Shown: positions 1-9,684, counted from the stretch's first letter. The stretch: DNA of 38,539 nt from Candidatus Buchananbacteria bacterium (GCA_903863425.1 CAIPBY010000012.1:1-38539), one strand, 5' to 3'. Numbers and translations are program-made. Notes: generated by a model from the sequence alone, not told the origin.

Positions 1-40
1 TAATAAATCAAATATTAAAATCAAGAAAATTAAAACATAA

Positions 41-66
41 AAGCTCCACCAATGAAGGTGGAGCTT
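41..66 (-). terminator. Probable intrinsic terminator (10-bp perfect stem)
   Basis: AAGCTCCACC-aatgaa-GGTGGAGCTT; A-rich run at 31-40 reads as a U-rich tail on the minus strand. Confidence 0.6.
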
Positions 67-128
67 GGTAGGGGGTCGGCTTAAAGACAAAACATTAAGT
101 CGGCTGATCCCATCGTGATACAATTATT

Positions 129-157
129 ATATTACACTAATTAAACTATTTTGTCAA
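129..157 (-). promoter_or_regulatory. Putative sigma70 promoter (minus strand)
   Basis: Minus strand TTGACA (152-157), 17-nt spacer, TAATAT (129-134). Confidence 0.45.
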
Positions 158-202
158 TAGTAAAGTTATCCACATAACTTAAAATTAAAATAACTCTAAA
201 AT

Positions 203-1099
203 ATGTTTGAAAATGTAACCCCACCGCAACCTCAACAGCCGAATAATCCTCAATACGGTCAACCGCCAATGGGCAATGCCGGCCGTCCTCCAGTGGCACC
301 ACCTCAGCCTCCGCCTCCACCGCAATTCCAGTCACAACCCAGGCCTCAACCGAGCTACGGTCAACCAATTCCGAATTATTCCCAGCCTCAACCAGTACCC
401 AAGGCGGGCGGAGTAGAAGATATGTTTGCCACCACGGATAACCCTTATGGTCCGCCCAGATACGGCCAACCGCATCCTTATGGCAAAAATATGGGTATGC
501 CAAAAAATTTGAGATATGGCGGAGGATTCAGCTTTGGTAAGTTGCTTATCCCGATTTTAGTTTTGGTAGTGGTAGTTCTTCTTGGCGTAGCCGGATATTT
601 AGCGTATAATTATTTATATGCAGGAGGATCTCTCGGGTTGAATAGTATTAATTTGAATTTGAATAAGTCGGCAGTAACTCCTTCGACCAGTCCGGCGATA
701 GCAGTGCCAAATGATTTTCCTACGACAATCGCACCGGCTCAAAGTCCAGCCACTTCCGCACCTCTGGTCGCTCCGCCCGGTGTGCCTATCCCGGTTATCG
801 GTTCTGGAAATAATTCTGTCGGCAATCCGGTGATTGAGACCTCATCACTATCATCATCAGCTTTGGATAGCGATGGTGATGACTTAACTGATGTAGAAGA
901 AAGATCTTTGGGTACTGATCCTTTGAATCCAGATACAGATAATGATGGCTTGACTGATTATGCGGAAGTGAAAATTTATTATTCTCTTCCTAATAATCCG
1001 GATACGGATGGCGACGGCTTCCAGGACGGCGCCGAAGTCATTAACGGCTTTGATCCGACCAGAATCGGAGGCGCCAGGTTGTCCACGACAACAAATTAA
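203..1099 (+). CDS. Pro/Gln-rich single-pass membrane protein with C-terminal bacterial TSP3-like Asp-rich Ca-binding repeats
   Basis: Pro-rich N-terminus, one TM helix (LLIPILVLVVVVLLGVAGYLAY), repeats DSDGDDLTD / DTDNDGLTD / DTDGDGFQDG. Confidence 0.75.
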   Translation: MFENVTPPQPQQPNNPQYGQPPMGNAGRPPVAPPQPPPPPQFQSQPRPQPSYGQPIPNYSQPQPVPKAGGVEDMFATTDNPYGPPRYGQPHPYGKNMGMPKNLRYGGGFSFGKLLIPILVLVVVVLLGVAGYLAYNYLYAGGSLGLNSINLNLNKSAVTPSTSPAIAVPNDFPTTIAPAQSPATSAPLVAPPGVPIPVIGSGNNSVGNPVIETSSLSSSALDSDGDDLTDVEERSLGTDPLNPDTDNDGLTDYAEVKIYYSLPNNPDTDGDGFQDGAEVINGFDPTRIGGARLSTTTN

Positions 1100-1109
1100 C
1101 AATATTAAT

Positions 1110-2234
1110 ATGTTTAATCAATCAGATCAGCAATTATCTTTGGCGCAAAGCGCGGAGACGGCCGTTCCGCCACCTATGAAACCGCCAGTCGCCGATAGTA
1201 TTTATGTTATGCCCGAAAAATTCCATCCTCGGAAGCAAAGTTCGGGCGCCGGCCGTACGCTTATTATTGTTTTAATAATTTTAATCGTGGTTGCTATTGT
1301 TACGGGTAGTTATTTCGCTTATGACTATTTACAGAAAAAACAAGCCTCTTCGATTGTCAAAGTGGAGAATAGTAGTCCGGTTGTTGTCCCAGTCCAGGAT
1401 AACAATATTCTTGTTGTGCCCACTTCGACCGAGGCAACTACCACCGAAGCCACTTCCACGGCTTCGACCACCGAGGCGACTACCACCGATAATTCAATCA
1501 GCTCCAGCACTAGTCCGACTGTGCCTAGTTCTACGGTCGTGTCCATGACGCCGGCGCCTTGGAGCGTGGATACGGACAATGATAATTTGACTGACTTGGA
1601 AGAGAATTTGATTGGCACTTCGCCGGTTAATCCGGATACGGACAACGACGAATTTAAAGATGGAGATGAGATTGATAGCGGATATAGTCCGCTAATTGCC
1701 GGTGGAGCAGTCAAGGCCAAATTGGAAAATGCGCCTTTTGTGAAATTATTGGCCACTGACTTTGCAACTGATAATTTTTCGACTTTGATTCCCAAGAAGT
1801 GGCAGGCCAGCACTTTCAAATCCACAGAGCAGGCGATTATTACCGCAGATACTGGAGAAGTGATTAAGATTTCTGTCAAAGGCAATACAGATAGGATCTC
1901 GGCTTTGGATTGGTATATGAAGAATAACCCCGGCGTTCCGGCCATCTCGCTTCGGCAGATGGATTATGGCAATATTTCGGGAATTATGAGTCCGGACGGG
2001 CTTAGCGTCTATATGACGGATTCACTCAAGAGTAAATTGTATGTTTTTGAATATATCATGGATAACGGATTGCAAATGCGCTACCCGAATATGCTCAAGA
2101 TGATGATTAAGAATATGAAGCTTATTTCCGGTCCGGTCATTTCTTCTTCGACTCTCTCTAGCACTTCCTCTGGCGCTTCTTCCTCTTCTTCGACGGTTCC
2201 GGTTTCTACGACCAGCCCTTCCATAGATATATAG
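1110..2234 (+). CDS. Single-pass membrane protein with Thr/Ser-rich linker and TSP3-like repeats (same architecture as upstream gene)
   Basis: Start reassigned to ATG 1110 (MFNQSD) just after the upstream stop; TM helix; DTDNDNLTD / DTDNDEFKDG repeats. Confidence 0.7.
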   Translation: MFNQSDQQLSLAQSAETAVPPPMKPPVADSIYVMPEKFHPRKQSSGAGRTLIIVLIILIVVAIVTGSYFAYDYLQKKQASSIVKVENSSPVVVPVQDNNILVVPTSTEATTTEATSTASTTEATTTDNSISSSTSPTVPSSTVVSMTPAPWSVDTDNDNLTDLEENLIGTSPVNPDTDNDEFKDGDEIDSGYSPLIAGGAVKAKLENAPFVKLLATDFATDNFSTLIPKKWQASTFKSTEQAIITADTGEVIKISVKGNTDRISALDWYMKNNPGVPAISLRQMDYGNISGIMSPDGLSVYMTDSLKSKLYVFEYIMDNGLQMRYPNMLKMMIKNMKLISGPVISSSTLSSTSSGASSSSSTVPVSTTSPSIDI

Positions 2235-2240
2235 TCCAGA

Positions 2241-2681
2241 ATGATTAATTGGGAAATAAATAATTCAACCAAATCCAAGCCAAACCGCCGATTGATAGAG
2301 AAAGCGGTTTTGGCTTTTACGTCTGTCTCCAAGATTAGGCAAGCTTATTTCTCTTTGGCTTTCGTAGGAGATAGTGAGATGAGCAATCTTAATCGTGATT
2401 ATCGAGGTCAAGATAAGGTAACTGATGTGCTTAGCTTCGCCGAGGAGAAAGATAATTTTATCGCGCCTAGTGAGCAAAGATATTTGGGAGAGATAATTAT
2501 TTGCTTGGCGCAAGCCAAACGGCAGGCTCAAGAGTATGATTGGACGCTGAACAAAGAAATTGTTCGATTGTTAGTCCACGGTTTGGCGCATTTAATAGGG
2601 TATGATCATGAAGGAGTCAGTCGGAAAGAAGCAGAAAAGATGCAGGGATTTGAGGAGAAGGTAATGACTAGAATAAGGTAA
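2241..2681 (+). CDS. ybeY: rRNA maturation endoribonuclease YbeY
   Basis: LNRDYRGQDKVTDVLSF and HGLAHLIGYDH zinc motif. Confidence 0.95.
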   Translation: MINWEINNSTKSKPNRRLIEKAVLAFTSVSKIRQAYFSLAFVGDSEMSNLNRDYRGQDKVTDVLSFAEEKDNFIAPSEQRYLGEIIICLAQAKRQAQEYDWTLNKEIVRLLVHGLAHLIGYDHEGVSRKEAEKMQGFEEKVMTRIR

Positions 2682-2708
2682 TGAATAAAATTTGTGTTCA
2701 AGGTTAGA

Positions 2709-2737
2709 TTGCCAAAAATAAGCTTACTTGTTATAAT
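2709..2737 (+). promoter_or_regulatory. Putative sigma70 promoter of ftsA
   Basis: TTGCCA, 17 nt, TATAAT with extended -10 TG. Confidence 0.65.
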
Positions 2738-2762
2738 CTAAAATAGAAATAAAGTTAGTTCC

Positions 2763-4007
2763 ATGCCCAAAGACAATCTCATAACAGGATTGGATATCGG
2801 ATCGAGTACGATCAGAGTTGTTGTTGGCCAGAAATCTAGAAATGATGATAAATTGAAGATAATCGGAGCCGCTCAAGCGCCTGCCCATGGCATTAGTAAA
2901 GGCGTGGTGGTGAGTGTGGAAGATGCCGTGTCTTCTATCTCTTCGGCTTTGGAGAAAGCCGAGAGGATGATCGGCCAACCCATAGATCACGCCTGGGTGG
3001 GAATTAGTGGCAGTCATATTGTCGCTCAAGAGAGTAAGGGCGTGGTGGCAGTATCGAAGACCGACGGCGAGATACGCGCTGAAGATGTAGAGCGCGCTAT
3101 TGAAGCGGCCAGAGCGCTCGCCACTCCTCCTAATTATGAAATCTTGCACGTGATTCCCAAGAGCTTCACGGTGGACTCTCAGACCGGCATCAAGGATCCC
3201 ATTGGCATGACTGGCATCAGATTGGAAGCGCATGTCCAAATCATCCAGGGGCTTTCTTCGCAGATCAAGAATTTGACCAAATGTGTTTATCGGACGGGTA
3301 TTGATATTGACGATCTCGTTCTTTCTATCTTGGCTTGTTCGGAGAGCGTTTTAACTGCCAGGCAGAAAGAATTAGGCGTGGCTGTGATTAATTTGGGAGG
3401 CGCCACCGCTAGCGTAGCTGTGTTTGAGGAAAATGATGTGCTTCACAGTGCCGTGTTGCCAGTCGGGTCCGAATATATTACCAGTGACATTGCTATCGGT
3501 CTTCGAGTGTCCATTGATACGGCCGAGAAGATAAAGATCAGGCAGGGAAGTTGTTTGCCTCAGGAGTTCAAGAAGCAAGATGAAGTCAAATACAGCGACA
3601 TCGGAGCTTCCGAGGAAGGCAGTTTCTCCAAGAAAGAAGTGGCTGAGATAATCGAGGCTAGAGTTGAGGAAATTTTGGAAAAGGTGGACAAAGAATTCCG
3701 CAAGATCGGTAAGTCCAGCATGTTGCCGGCCGGAGTTATTCTGACCGGAAGCGGAGTCAAGCTTGACGGCATAGTTGATGTGGCCAAGAAAACCCTTCGT
3801 TTGCCGGCTTCTTTGGGCTATCCGCAGGAATTAGTCACCAGTATTGATAAAATCGGCGATTTGTCCTATACGACGGCAGTCGGCTTGGTGCTTTGGGGAA
3901 GCGAGATGCAAAGGAAGGGCCGTTCACTCAGATTGCCGTCCAATTTCAAGAGTGTAGACAAGGCGGTAAGTCAGATAAAAAAACTTTTTAAATCATTTTT
4001 GCCTTAA
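2763..4007 (+). CDS. ftsA: Cell division protein FtsA
   Basis: GLDIGSS, DPIGMTGIRLE, ITSDIAIGL, GVILTG motifs; upstream of ftsZ. Confidence 0.97.
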   Translation: MPKDNLITGLDIGSSTIRVVVGQKSRNDDKLKIIGAAQAPAHGISKGVVVSVEDAVSSISSALEKAERMIGQPIDHAWVGISGSHIVAQESKGVVAVSKTDGEIRAEDVERAIEAARALATPPNYEILHVIPKSFTVDSQTGIKDPIGMTGIRLEAHVQIIQGLSSQIKNLTKCVYRTGIDIDDLVLSILACSESVLTARQKELGVAVINLGGATASVAVFEENDVLHSAVLPVGSEYITSDIAIGLRVSIDTAEKIKIRQGSCLPQEFKKQDEVKYSDIGASEEGSFSKKEVAEIIEARVEEILEKVDKEFRKIGKSSMLPAGVILTGSGVKLDGIVDVAKKTLRLPASLGYPQELVTSIDKIGDLSYTTAVGLVLWGSEMQRKGRSLRLPSNFKSVDKAVSQIKKLFKSFLP

Positions 4008-4011
4008 ATTT

Positions 4012-5157
4012 ATGCCAGTTAATAATTCTCTTTCTAAAAAACCCAATTCCATCAAGAAATATGGACACTGCAAGCCCGCTTCCGGAAAAGGAGGCAAAGG
4101 ACTTCTAATTTTGGTTGTTATTCTGATTTTAATTCTTCTGGGCATTTTGGCTTTTATTTATATCTTGCCTCCGAAGGCTAGCGACAAAGAGAATATAGCT
4201 TCCAATATTGATAATTATACTGTTCCTATGAATGTGGATCTTGGCGCTTCGCAGACACCGCAAGATCCGACTGCCAATTGGCTGACTTATGATCATGCCA
4301 GTACGACTTATATTTTTAAGTATCCGACTATTTGGACTCTTCGAGAACAACCGCAGAACATAGTTTTGACCATATTCTCGGCTTCCAGTTCTGAAATTAC
4401 TTTTAGTGTTTCTACCACTTCCAAGTCATTGACTGATTATTTGGCGGAAATGGACAAGGTTAATGCCACTTCGTACGAGGGCCAGCCCTCGGTGCAAGTC
4501 CAGTCTTCCACGCCGTTTGCTTCCGGAGATATCAAAGGAGTGCAGAGAAAGCAAACTCTTTTGGCGGCCGGACTGGAACAGGATGTTATTTATTTGAGTT
4601 ATAATAATAAATTATTTACCGTTGCCCTCAATAGTCCCAAGATTACCGCTGAATTAGAAAGCGCTTTCGGTTTATTTCTTTCTACTTTGAAATTAGTTCC
4701 CGCGGTAAGTACAAGCACTCAGGCGGTTAATTCCTCTTCCAGCTCTTCGACTTTGCCAACTTCTACTCCATCAGTTCAATCCAAGACGACCAGTTATTCC
4801 AATGCTAAATTTAAATTCCAGCTGGATAATCCCTCTGGCTTGGCTTCCGCACAGAATGCGGATGGTATATCTTTTACCAGCGGTAAATATAAGTTAAACA
4901 TAACCGGAGTAAAAGGCGCAGTTCCTTCTTTGATTAAATATCAGCCCAATGGCGCAAAAATATCGGGAAGTGTAAGTATTGCCGGTCGTGATGCGGTTAA
5001 ACTGCTTGCTTCAAAACCGGCAAATTCCGATAGTCCATATATTCAATATATTCTACTTATAGATGATAAGAATTGGATTAAGATTGAATACAATGGCAAG
5101 GATGAGGTAGCGCAGAGTTTTGAGCAAATAATATCCAGCCTTAGATTTGTTAAATAA
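4012..5157 (+). CDS. Membrane-anchored hypothetical protein with two possible PsbP/Mog1-like domains
   Basis: N-terminal TM; twice repeated W/Y..Y..F.(Y)P..W ... F..I/L.S.L pattern separated by a Ser/Thr linker (fold call is inference). Confidence 0.6.
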   Translation: MPVNNSLSKKPNSIKKYGHCKPASGKGGKGLLILVVILILILLGILAFIYILPPKASDKENIASNIDNYTVPMNVDLGASQTPQDPTANWLTYDHASTTYIFKYPTIWTLREQPQNIVLTIFSASSSEITFSVSTTSKSLTDYLAEMDKVNATSYEGQPSVQVQSSTPFASGDIKGVQRKQTLLAAGLEQDVIYLSYNNKLFTVALNSPKITAELESAFGLFLSTLKLVPAVSTSTQAVNSSSSSSTLPTSTPSVQSKTTSYSNAKFKFQLDNPSGLASAQNADGISFTSGKYKLNITGVKGAVPSLIKYQPNGAKISGSVSIAGRDAVKLLASKPANSDSPYIQYILLIDDKNWIKIEYNGKDEVAQSFEQIISSLRFVK

Positions 5158-5167
5158 TGTTTTTTTT

Positions 5168-5203
5168 ACTTTATAACTTTTAACTTTTTAACTTTATAAC
5201 TAA
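5168..5203 (+). repeat. AACTTTAT-family repeat, 3' arm only, before ftsZ
   Basis: actttataacttttaactttttaactttataac-taa; final AAC is 8 nt before ftsZ ATG. Confidence 0.8.
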
Positions 5204-5208
5204 ACCAT

Positions 5209-6450
5209 ATGCCAGAAATAAAACCGGACATAGAGACTATTGCCAAAATAAAAGTCATCGGCGTAGGTGGTGCCGGAGGCTCAGCTATCAATCGCATGAT
5301 TGCTTCCAAGATAAAGGGAGTAGAATTTATTGCGATTAATACCGATATTCAGGCCTTGCATCAGAATGAGGCCAAGAAAAAATTACATATCGGCCAGAAG
5401 ACGACCCGAGGCTTGGGCGCTGGCATGAATCCGGAAGCCGGTTTGCAAGCCGCGCAGGAAAACATCAATGACATTAGGGAACTGCTTAAGGGCGCAGATA
5501 TGGTTTTTGTCACTTGCGGACTTGGCGGGGGCACTGGCACCGGAGCGTCTCCTGTGGTGGCTCAAATTGCCAAGGAGATGGGAGCGCTTACTGTGGCCGT
5601 TGTCACCAAGCCATTTTCATTTGAAGGCTCTCAGAGAGCCGCTGTGGCCGATAGAGGATTCAATGAATTGAAAGACAGAGTGGATACTATCATTACCATA
5701 CCCAACGATCGAGTGCTTCAGAATATAGACAAAAAAACTCCGCTTTTGGAAGCGTTTAAGGCTGTTGATGATATTTTGCGCCAAGGAGTCCAAGGCATTT
5801 CGGAATTAATTACTATGCCAGGATTAGTTAATGTGGATTTCGCTGATGTTAGAGCTATTATGCAAGATACGGGCTCGGCTTTGATGGGCATAGGAGAGGC
5901 CAGCGGGGAAAACAGAGGCATAACGGCGGCCAAGATGGCCATCTCCTCTCCGCTTTTGGACATTTCCATTGATGGCGCCAGAGGCATCTTATTTATAATC
6001 GTGGGCGGTCCCAGCTTGGCCATGAGCGAAGTGCATGAAGCGGCCAATATCATCTCGGCCAACGCCGATGAAAATGCCAAAATCATCTTCGGTTCAGTAA
6101 TCGATGAGAGTATGAAGGATAAGATTAGGATAACAGTCGTGGCCACCGGATTCGGCGAGACGGACAATATCAAGAAGCCTTCCAAGGCCAATGCCTACAC
6201 TCCTAACCCGGCATTTATCCACAAGAGCATCAATAATAATTTTAATTTGGAGTCAGAAGATTCTAGAAATAATGAATACGGCCCTATTTCCAACATTAAG
6301 ATTGAGAGAAACGAAGAGGAAGATGAACAAAGAGAGACTTATAGCCGGCCTCCGGTGCCCTCCCCATCCCCGATGCGAGCCCAAATGAAGATAATCCCTG
6401 AAGAGGATGACTTGGAAATTCCCGCATTTATTAGGAAAAAAATGAAATAA
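5209..6450 (+). CDS. ftsZ: Cell division protein FtsZ
   Basis: GGGTGTG tubulin signature, NVDFADV, C-terminal [10 protein letters not shown]. Confidence 0.99.
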   Translation: MPEIKPDIETIAKIKVIGVGGAGGSAINRMIASKIKGVEFIAINTDIQALHQNEAKKKLHIGQKTTRGLGAGMNPEAGLQAAQENINDIRELLKGADMVFVTCGLGGGTGTGASPVVAQIAKEMGALTVAVVTKPFSFEGSQRAAVADRGFNELKDRVDTIITIPNDRVLQNIDKKTPLLEAFKAVDDILRQGVQGISELITMPGLVNVDFADVRAIMQDTGSALMGIGEASGENRGITAAKMAISSPLLDISIDGARGILFIIVGGPSLAMSEVHEAANIISANADENAKIIFGSVIDESMKDKIRITVVATGFGETDNIKKPSKANAYTPNPAFIHKSINNNFNLESEDSRNNEYGPISNIKIERNEEEDEQRETYSRPPVPSPSPMRAQMKIIPEEDDLEIPAFIRKKMK

Positions 6451-6480
6451 TTGACAGCCTGCTAGCACAAAAGTTATAAT
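6451..6480 (+). promoter_or_regulatory. Putative sigma70 promoter upstream of nrdD
   Basis: TTGACA, 18 nt, TATAAT immediately after the ftsZ stop. Confidence 0.6.
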
Positions 6481-6497
6481 GGAATGGAGCAGGCTAA

Positions 6498-6553
6498 GGA
6501 TCTAGCGGAAGCTTGAATGTTAAAATTTTAATTTTCAACCCTAGGTCTTTTTT
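6498..6553 (+). terminator. Terminator-like hairpin in the nrdD leader
   Basis: GGATCTAG/CTAGGTCT and TTGAA/TTCAA stems followed by a T run. Confidence 0.45.
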
Positions 6554-6669
6554 GTTCCCTTTTTTCAGATTTTTGAGCGTTAAAAATAAGTTGCTTAATT
6601 GCCAGAGTTATCGGAAAATTATTCTGCCTTCGGCATTGACAAACAAAGATAAAAATTATTTTGACCATA

Positions 6670-9600
6670 ATGGAACCGAATCAAATCAATCAAATTAAGA
6701 AGCGAAATGGAGATATTGCGGATTTTGATCAGAGCAAGATAACTCTAGCAGTGTATAAGGCCATGAAGGCTGTGGGACGCGATGATGAGAAACTGGCGGA
6801 GGAGCTTTCCGAGAAGGTAATCCGGATGATCAATACTAAATTCCATCCCCGGTCTATACCGGCCATTGAAGAAGTTCAAGATGCGGTCGAAGAAGTGCTG
6901 ATCAAGGAGAATTTCGTCAAAGCGGCCAAGGCTTATATTATTTATCGCGAACAGCATTCTCGGCTGAGAGATATGAAGAAATTGCTCGATTCCAATGATA
7001 TTATCGAGGGCTATCTCAAGCAATTAGACTGGAGAGTCAAGGAAAATGCCAACATGGCTTATTCTCTTCAGGGGCTCAATAATCACGTAGCCTCGGCGGT
7101 TAGTTCTCATTATTGGCTCAATAAGATTTATCCGCCAGAAATTAGGCAGGCGCATGTTGATGGCGTAATTCATTTACATGATTTACAACTTTTGGCTGTG
7201 TATTGCTGTGGTTGGGATTTGCAAGCTTTGCTTCGATTAGGTTTTGGCGGCGTGCCAGGCAAAGTCAGCAGTAAGCCGGCCAAGCATTTGAGGGTGGCTC
7301 TGGGTCAGGCCGTGAATTTCTTCTATACTCTTCAGGGCGAGGCGGCCGGAGCGCAGGCTTTTGCTAATTTTGATACTCTGATGGCGCCGTTTATCCGATA
7401 TGACAAGATGGATGAGAAAGAAGTGAAGCAAGCCATGCAGGAATTTATTTTCGGTATGAGCGTGCCGACAAGAGTAGGATTTCAATGCTTGTCTCAAGAT
7501 ACAGAAATTTTAACCAAAGACGGATGGTGTGATTATAAAGGAATAAAAGAAAAGGACATTATTGCTACTTTTAATATTGAGCAAGGGATTATAGAATATT
7601 TGCCGGTTAAGCGTGTTTTTGCCAAAAAGTATAAAGGTAAAATGTATAATTTAACCAATCGCATCAGCGATCAGCTGATTTCTCCTGGTCATCGAGTGGT
7701 GCGTCGCCAGTTCAATGGAGGCGGTTATGTTTTGGAGCCCATAGAAAAGGTGTTAAAATTAAAATCCCCGTTTATTGTGCCTGTTGGCTCTGGCGGTAAT
7801 ATTTATGGCAAAAGTGATTTAAGCGATGCTTGGGTAAAAATGTTGGCCTGGGTGGTGGCTGAAGGCACCTTGGATAAAGGGGAGAGAGGCGCTGGACGCA
7901 TAAGTATTTATCAATCAAAAGATAAGAATGCGGATGATTATGAAGAAATAGTCGCCCTGTGTCAAGAACTGGGTCTTAAATATGCCGAAAGGATACAGAG
8001 TGGTTTGGGTGCCCAGTGTCAGGTTTTAAGATTTGACTCCATCGGAACCCAAAAAATTCTTAAATTTTTTGGTGGTAATAAATCTAAGGGCATTAAATTT
8101 ATTCCTCAAGAAATTTTAACTGCTGATGTGGAGACTGCTAGATTATTTTTGGAGACATATATTAAGGGTGATGGTCATGAAGAATGTAAAATTACAACAG
8201 TACATGAAAAAATCAAAGATGGACTAATGATGCTTTCGGCTAATGCCGGTTATGGTGCGACTGTTTATGTCCGCAAGCCGGAAGGCATATCTCGAAAAGA
8301 TAGATATATTATTCGGCTTATCAAGCATGTCGACACTTATATTAATGAAGTCAAAGAAGTTGATTATGATGGTGTTATTTGGTGTCCCAATACCGATAAT
8401 GAGACGGTTATTGCCAGGAGAAATGGCAAAATTTTTATTACCGGCAATACTCCATTTACTAACTTGACCTTTGATTTAATTTGTCCTTCGACTTTGGCCA
8501 GTGAAAGAGTTATAATAGGTGGCATACCCCAGAGCGAGACTTATGGTGAGTTCCAGAAGGAGATGGATATCATCAACAAGACCTTTGCCGAAGTGATGAT
8601 GGAAGGCGATGCCCATGGGCGCGTGTTTACCTTTCCTATTCCGACTTATAATATTACTCCTGAATTTGATTGGGATAATAAAGTCTTGGATTCCATTTGG
8701 GAGATGACGGCTAAGTATGGCATTCCTTATTTTGCCAACTTCGTCAATAGCGACATGAAGGCCGAGGACGCCAGGAGCATGTGCTGTCGTCTGCGTTTGG
8801 ATAATCGCGAGCTCCGCAAGCGTGGAGGCGGGATGTTTGCGGCTAATCCTCTGACCGGTTCTATCGGAGTAGTTACCATCAATTTGCCACGAATTGGATA
8901 TTTATCCAAAAATAACAAAGAAGCTTATTTGAATCGGCTCGGTCAAGCCATGGATTTAGCCAGGCAGAGCTTGACGCTTAAGCGGGAGATTCTGGAGAAT
9001 TTTACGGTCATGGGGCTTTATCCATACAGTAAATTTTATTTATCAGATATTAGGGAACGTTTCGGTGAGTATTGGAAGAATCATTTCAATACTATTGGCA
9101 TTAATGGCATGAATGAGTCTTTGATTAATTTTATGGGCAAGTCCATCAGCGATCCCGAGGCCTATGAATTTGCAGTCAAGATAATGGATTTTATGTTGGC
9201 TCGTATGGCTAATTATCAGGAAGAAGATAATCAATTATATAATTTGGAAGCCACGCCGGCCGAGGGAGTGACATATCGTTTCGCCAAGAAAGACAAAGAG
9301 CTTTATCCGGATATAATTGTAGCCAATGAAGACGCTTACCGAGACAAGGGAGCTGCTCCGTACTACACTAACTCCACCCACTTGCCGGTTAACTTCTCTA
9401 GTGATATATTTGAAGTGTTGGAGAAGCAAGACGGCTTGCAGACTAAGTATACCGGAGGTACAGTGGTTCATGGATTTATCGGAGAGAAAATGCCGGACAT
9501 CGAAAGTACCAAGCAGTTGGTCAAAAAGATTGCAGAAAGTTTCCATTTGCCGTATTATACACTTACACCTACATTTTCTATTTGTCCCAAGCACGGGTAT

Positions 9601-9684
9601 CTCTCTGGTGAGCATAGGTTCTGTCCGATCTGTGATGAGGAAATCGGTTTTGTGAGAGAGCAAGAGGATAAATTGGCTCTATAA
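6670..9684 (+). CDS. nrdD: Class III (anaerobic) ribonucleotide reductase large subunit with ATP-cone and intein; lacks the C-terminal glycyl-radical loop
   Basis: ATP-cone (IKKRNG..FDQSKI), HLHDL, YCCGW, RSMCCRL finger loop, EATPAEG, C-terminal CPKH..CPIC Zn site; start set to ATG 6670. Confidence 0.93.
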   Translation: MEPNQINQIKKRNGDIADFDQSKITLAVYKAMKAVGRDDEKLAEELSEKVIRMINTKFHPRSIPAIEEVQDAVEEVLIKENFVKAAKAYIIYREQHSRLRDMKKLLDSNDIIEGYLKQLDWRVKENANMAYSLQGLNNHVASAVSSHYWLNKIYPPEIRQAHVDGVIHLHDLQLLAVYCCGWDLQALLRLGFGGVPGKVSSKPAKHLRVALGQAVNFFYTLQGEAAGAQAFANFDTLMAPFIRYDKMDEKEVKQAMQEFIFGMSVPTRVGFQCLSQDTEILTKDGWCDYKGIKEKDIIATFNIEQGIIEYLPVKRVFAKKYKGKMYNLTNRISDQLISPGHRVVRRQFNGGGYVLEPIEKVLKLKSPFIVPVGSGGNIYGKSDLSDAWVKMLAWVVAEGTLDKGERGAGRISIYQSKDKNADDYEEIVALCQELGLKYAERIQSGLGAQCQVLRFDSIGTQKILKFFGGNKSKGIKFIPQEILTADVETARLFLETYIKGDGHEECKITTVHEKIKDGLMMLSANAGYGATVYVRKPEGISRKDRYIIRLIKHVDTYINEVKEVDYDGVIWCPNTDNETVIARRNGKIFITGNTPFTNLTFDLICPSTLASERVIIGGIPQSETYGEFQKEMDIINKTFAEVMMEGDAHGRVFTFPIPTYNITPEFDWDNKVLDSIWEMTAKYGIPYFANFVNSDMKAEDARSMCCRLRLDNRELRKRGGGMFAANPLTGSIGVVTINLPRIGYLSKNNKEAYLNRLGQAMDLARQSLTLKREILENFTVMGLYPYSKFYLSDIRERFGEYWKNHFNTIGINGMNESLINFMGKSISDPEAYEFAVKIMDFMLARMANYQEEDNQLYNLEATPAEGVTYRFAKKDKELYPDIIVANEDAYRDKGAAPYYTNSTHLPVNFSSDIFEVLEKQDGLQTKYTGGTVVHGFIGEKMPDIESTKQLVKKIAESFHLPYYTLTPTFSICPKHGYLSGEHRFCPICDEEIGFVREQEDKLAL
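7486..8448 (+). mobile_element. Intein (321 aa) with LAGLIDADG-type homing endonuclease in NrdD
   Basis: Starts CLSQDTEILT, has SPGHRV (block B His), MLAWVVAEG and FLETYIKGDG helices, ends FITGN; removal restores GFQ|TPFTN. Confidence 0.92.

Noticed and set aside
166-174. TTATCCACA DnaA box as a sign of oriC
   Set aside because: Single box with no cluster and no dnaA nearby; it also overlaps a minimal AAGTTAT-ccac-ATAACTT palindrome
1008-1109. Upstream starts in the ORF track (1008, 6661, 26105, 32783, 37579) and the late start 11113
   Set aside because: They overlap neighbouring genes or repeats, or lack the usual start context; 11113 is the post-frameshift part of prfB
1325-1945. Long antisense or alternate-frame ORFs (e.g. 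1325-1945, 2724-3239, 5718-6191, 22129-22824, 30457-30987, 18044-18397)
   Set aside because: They overlap better-supported genes and show no motifs or expression signals
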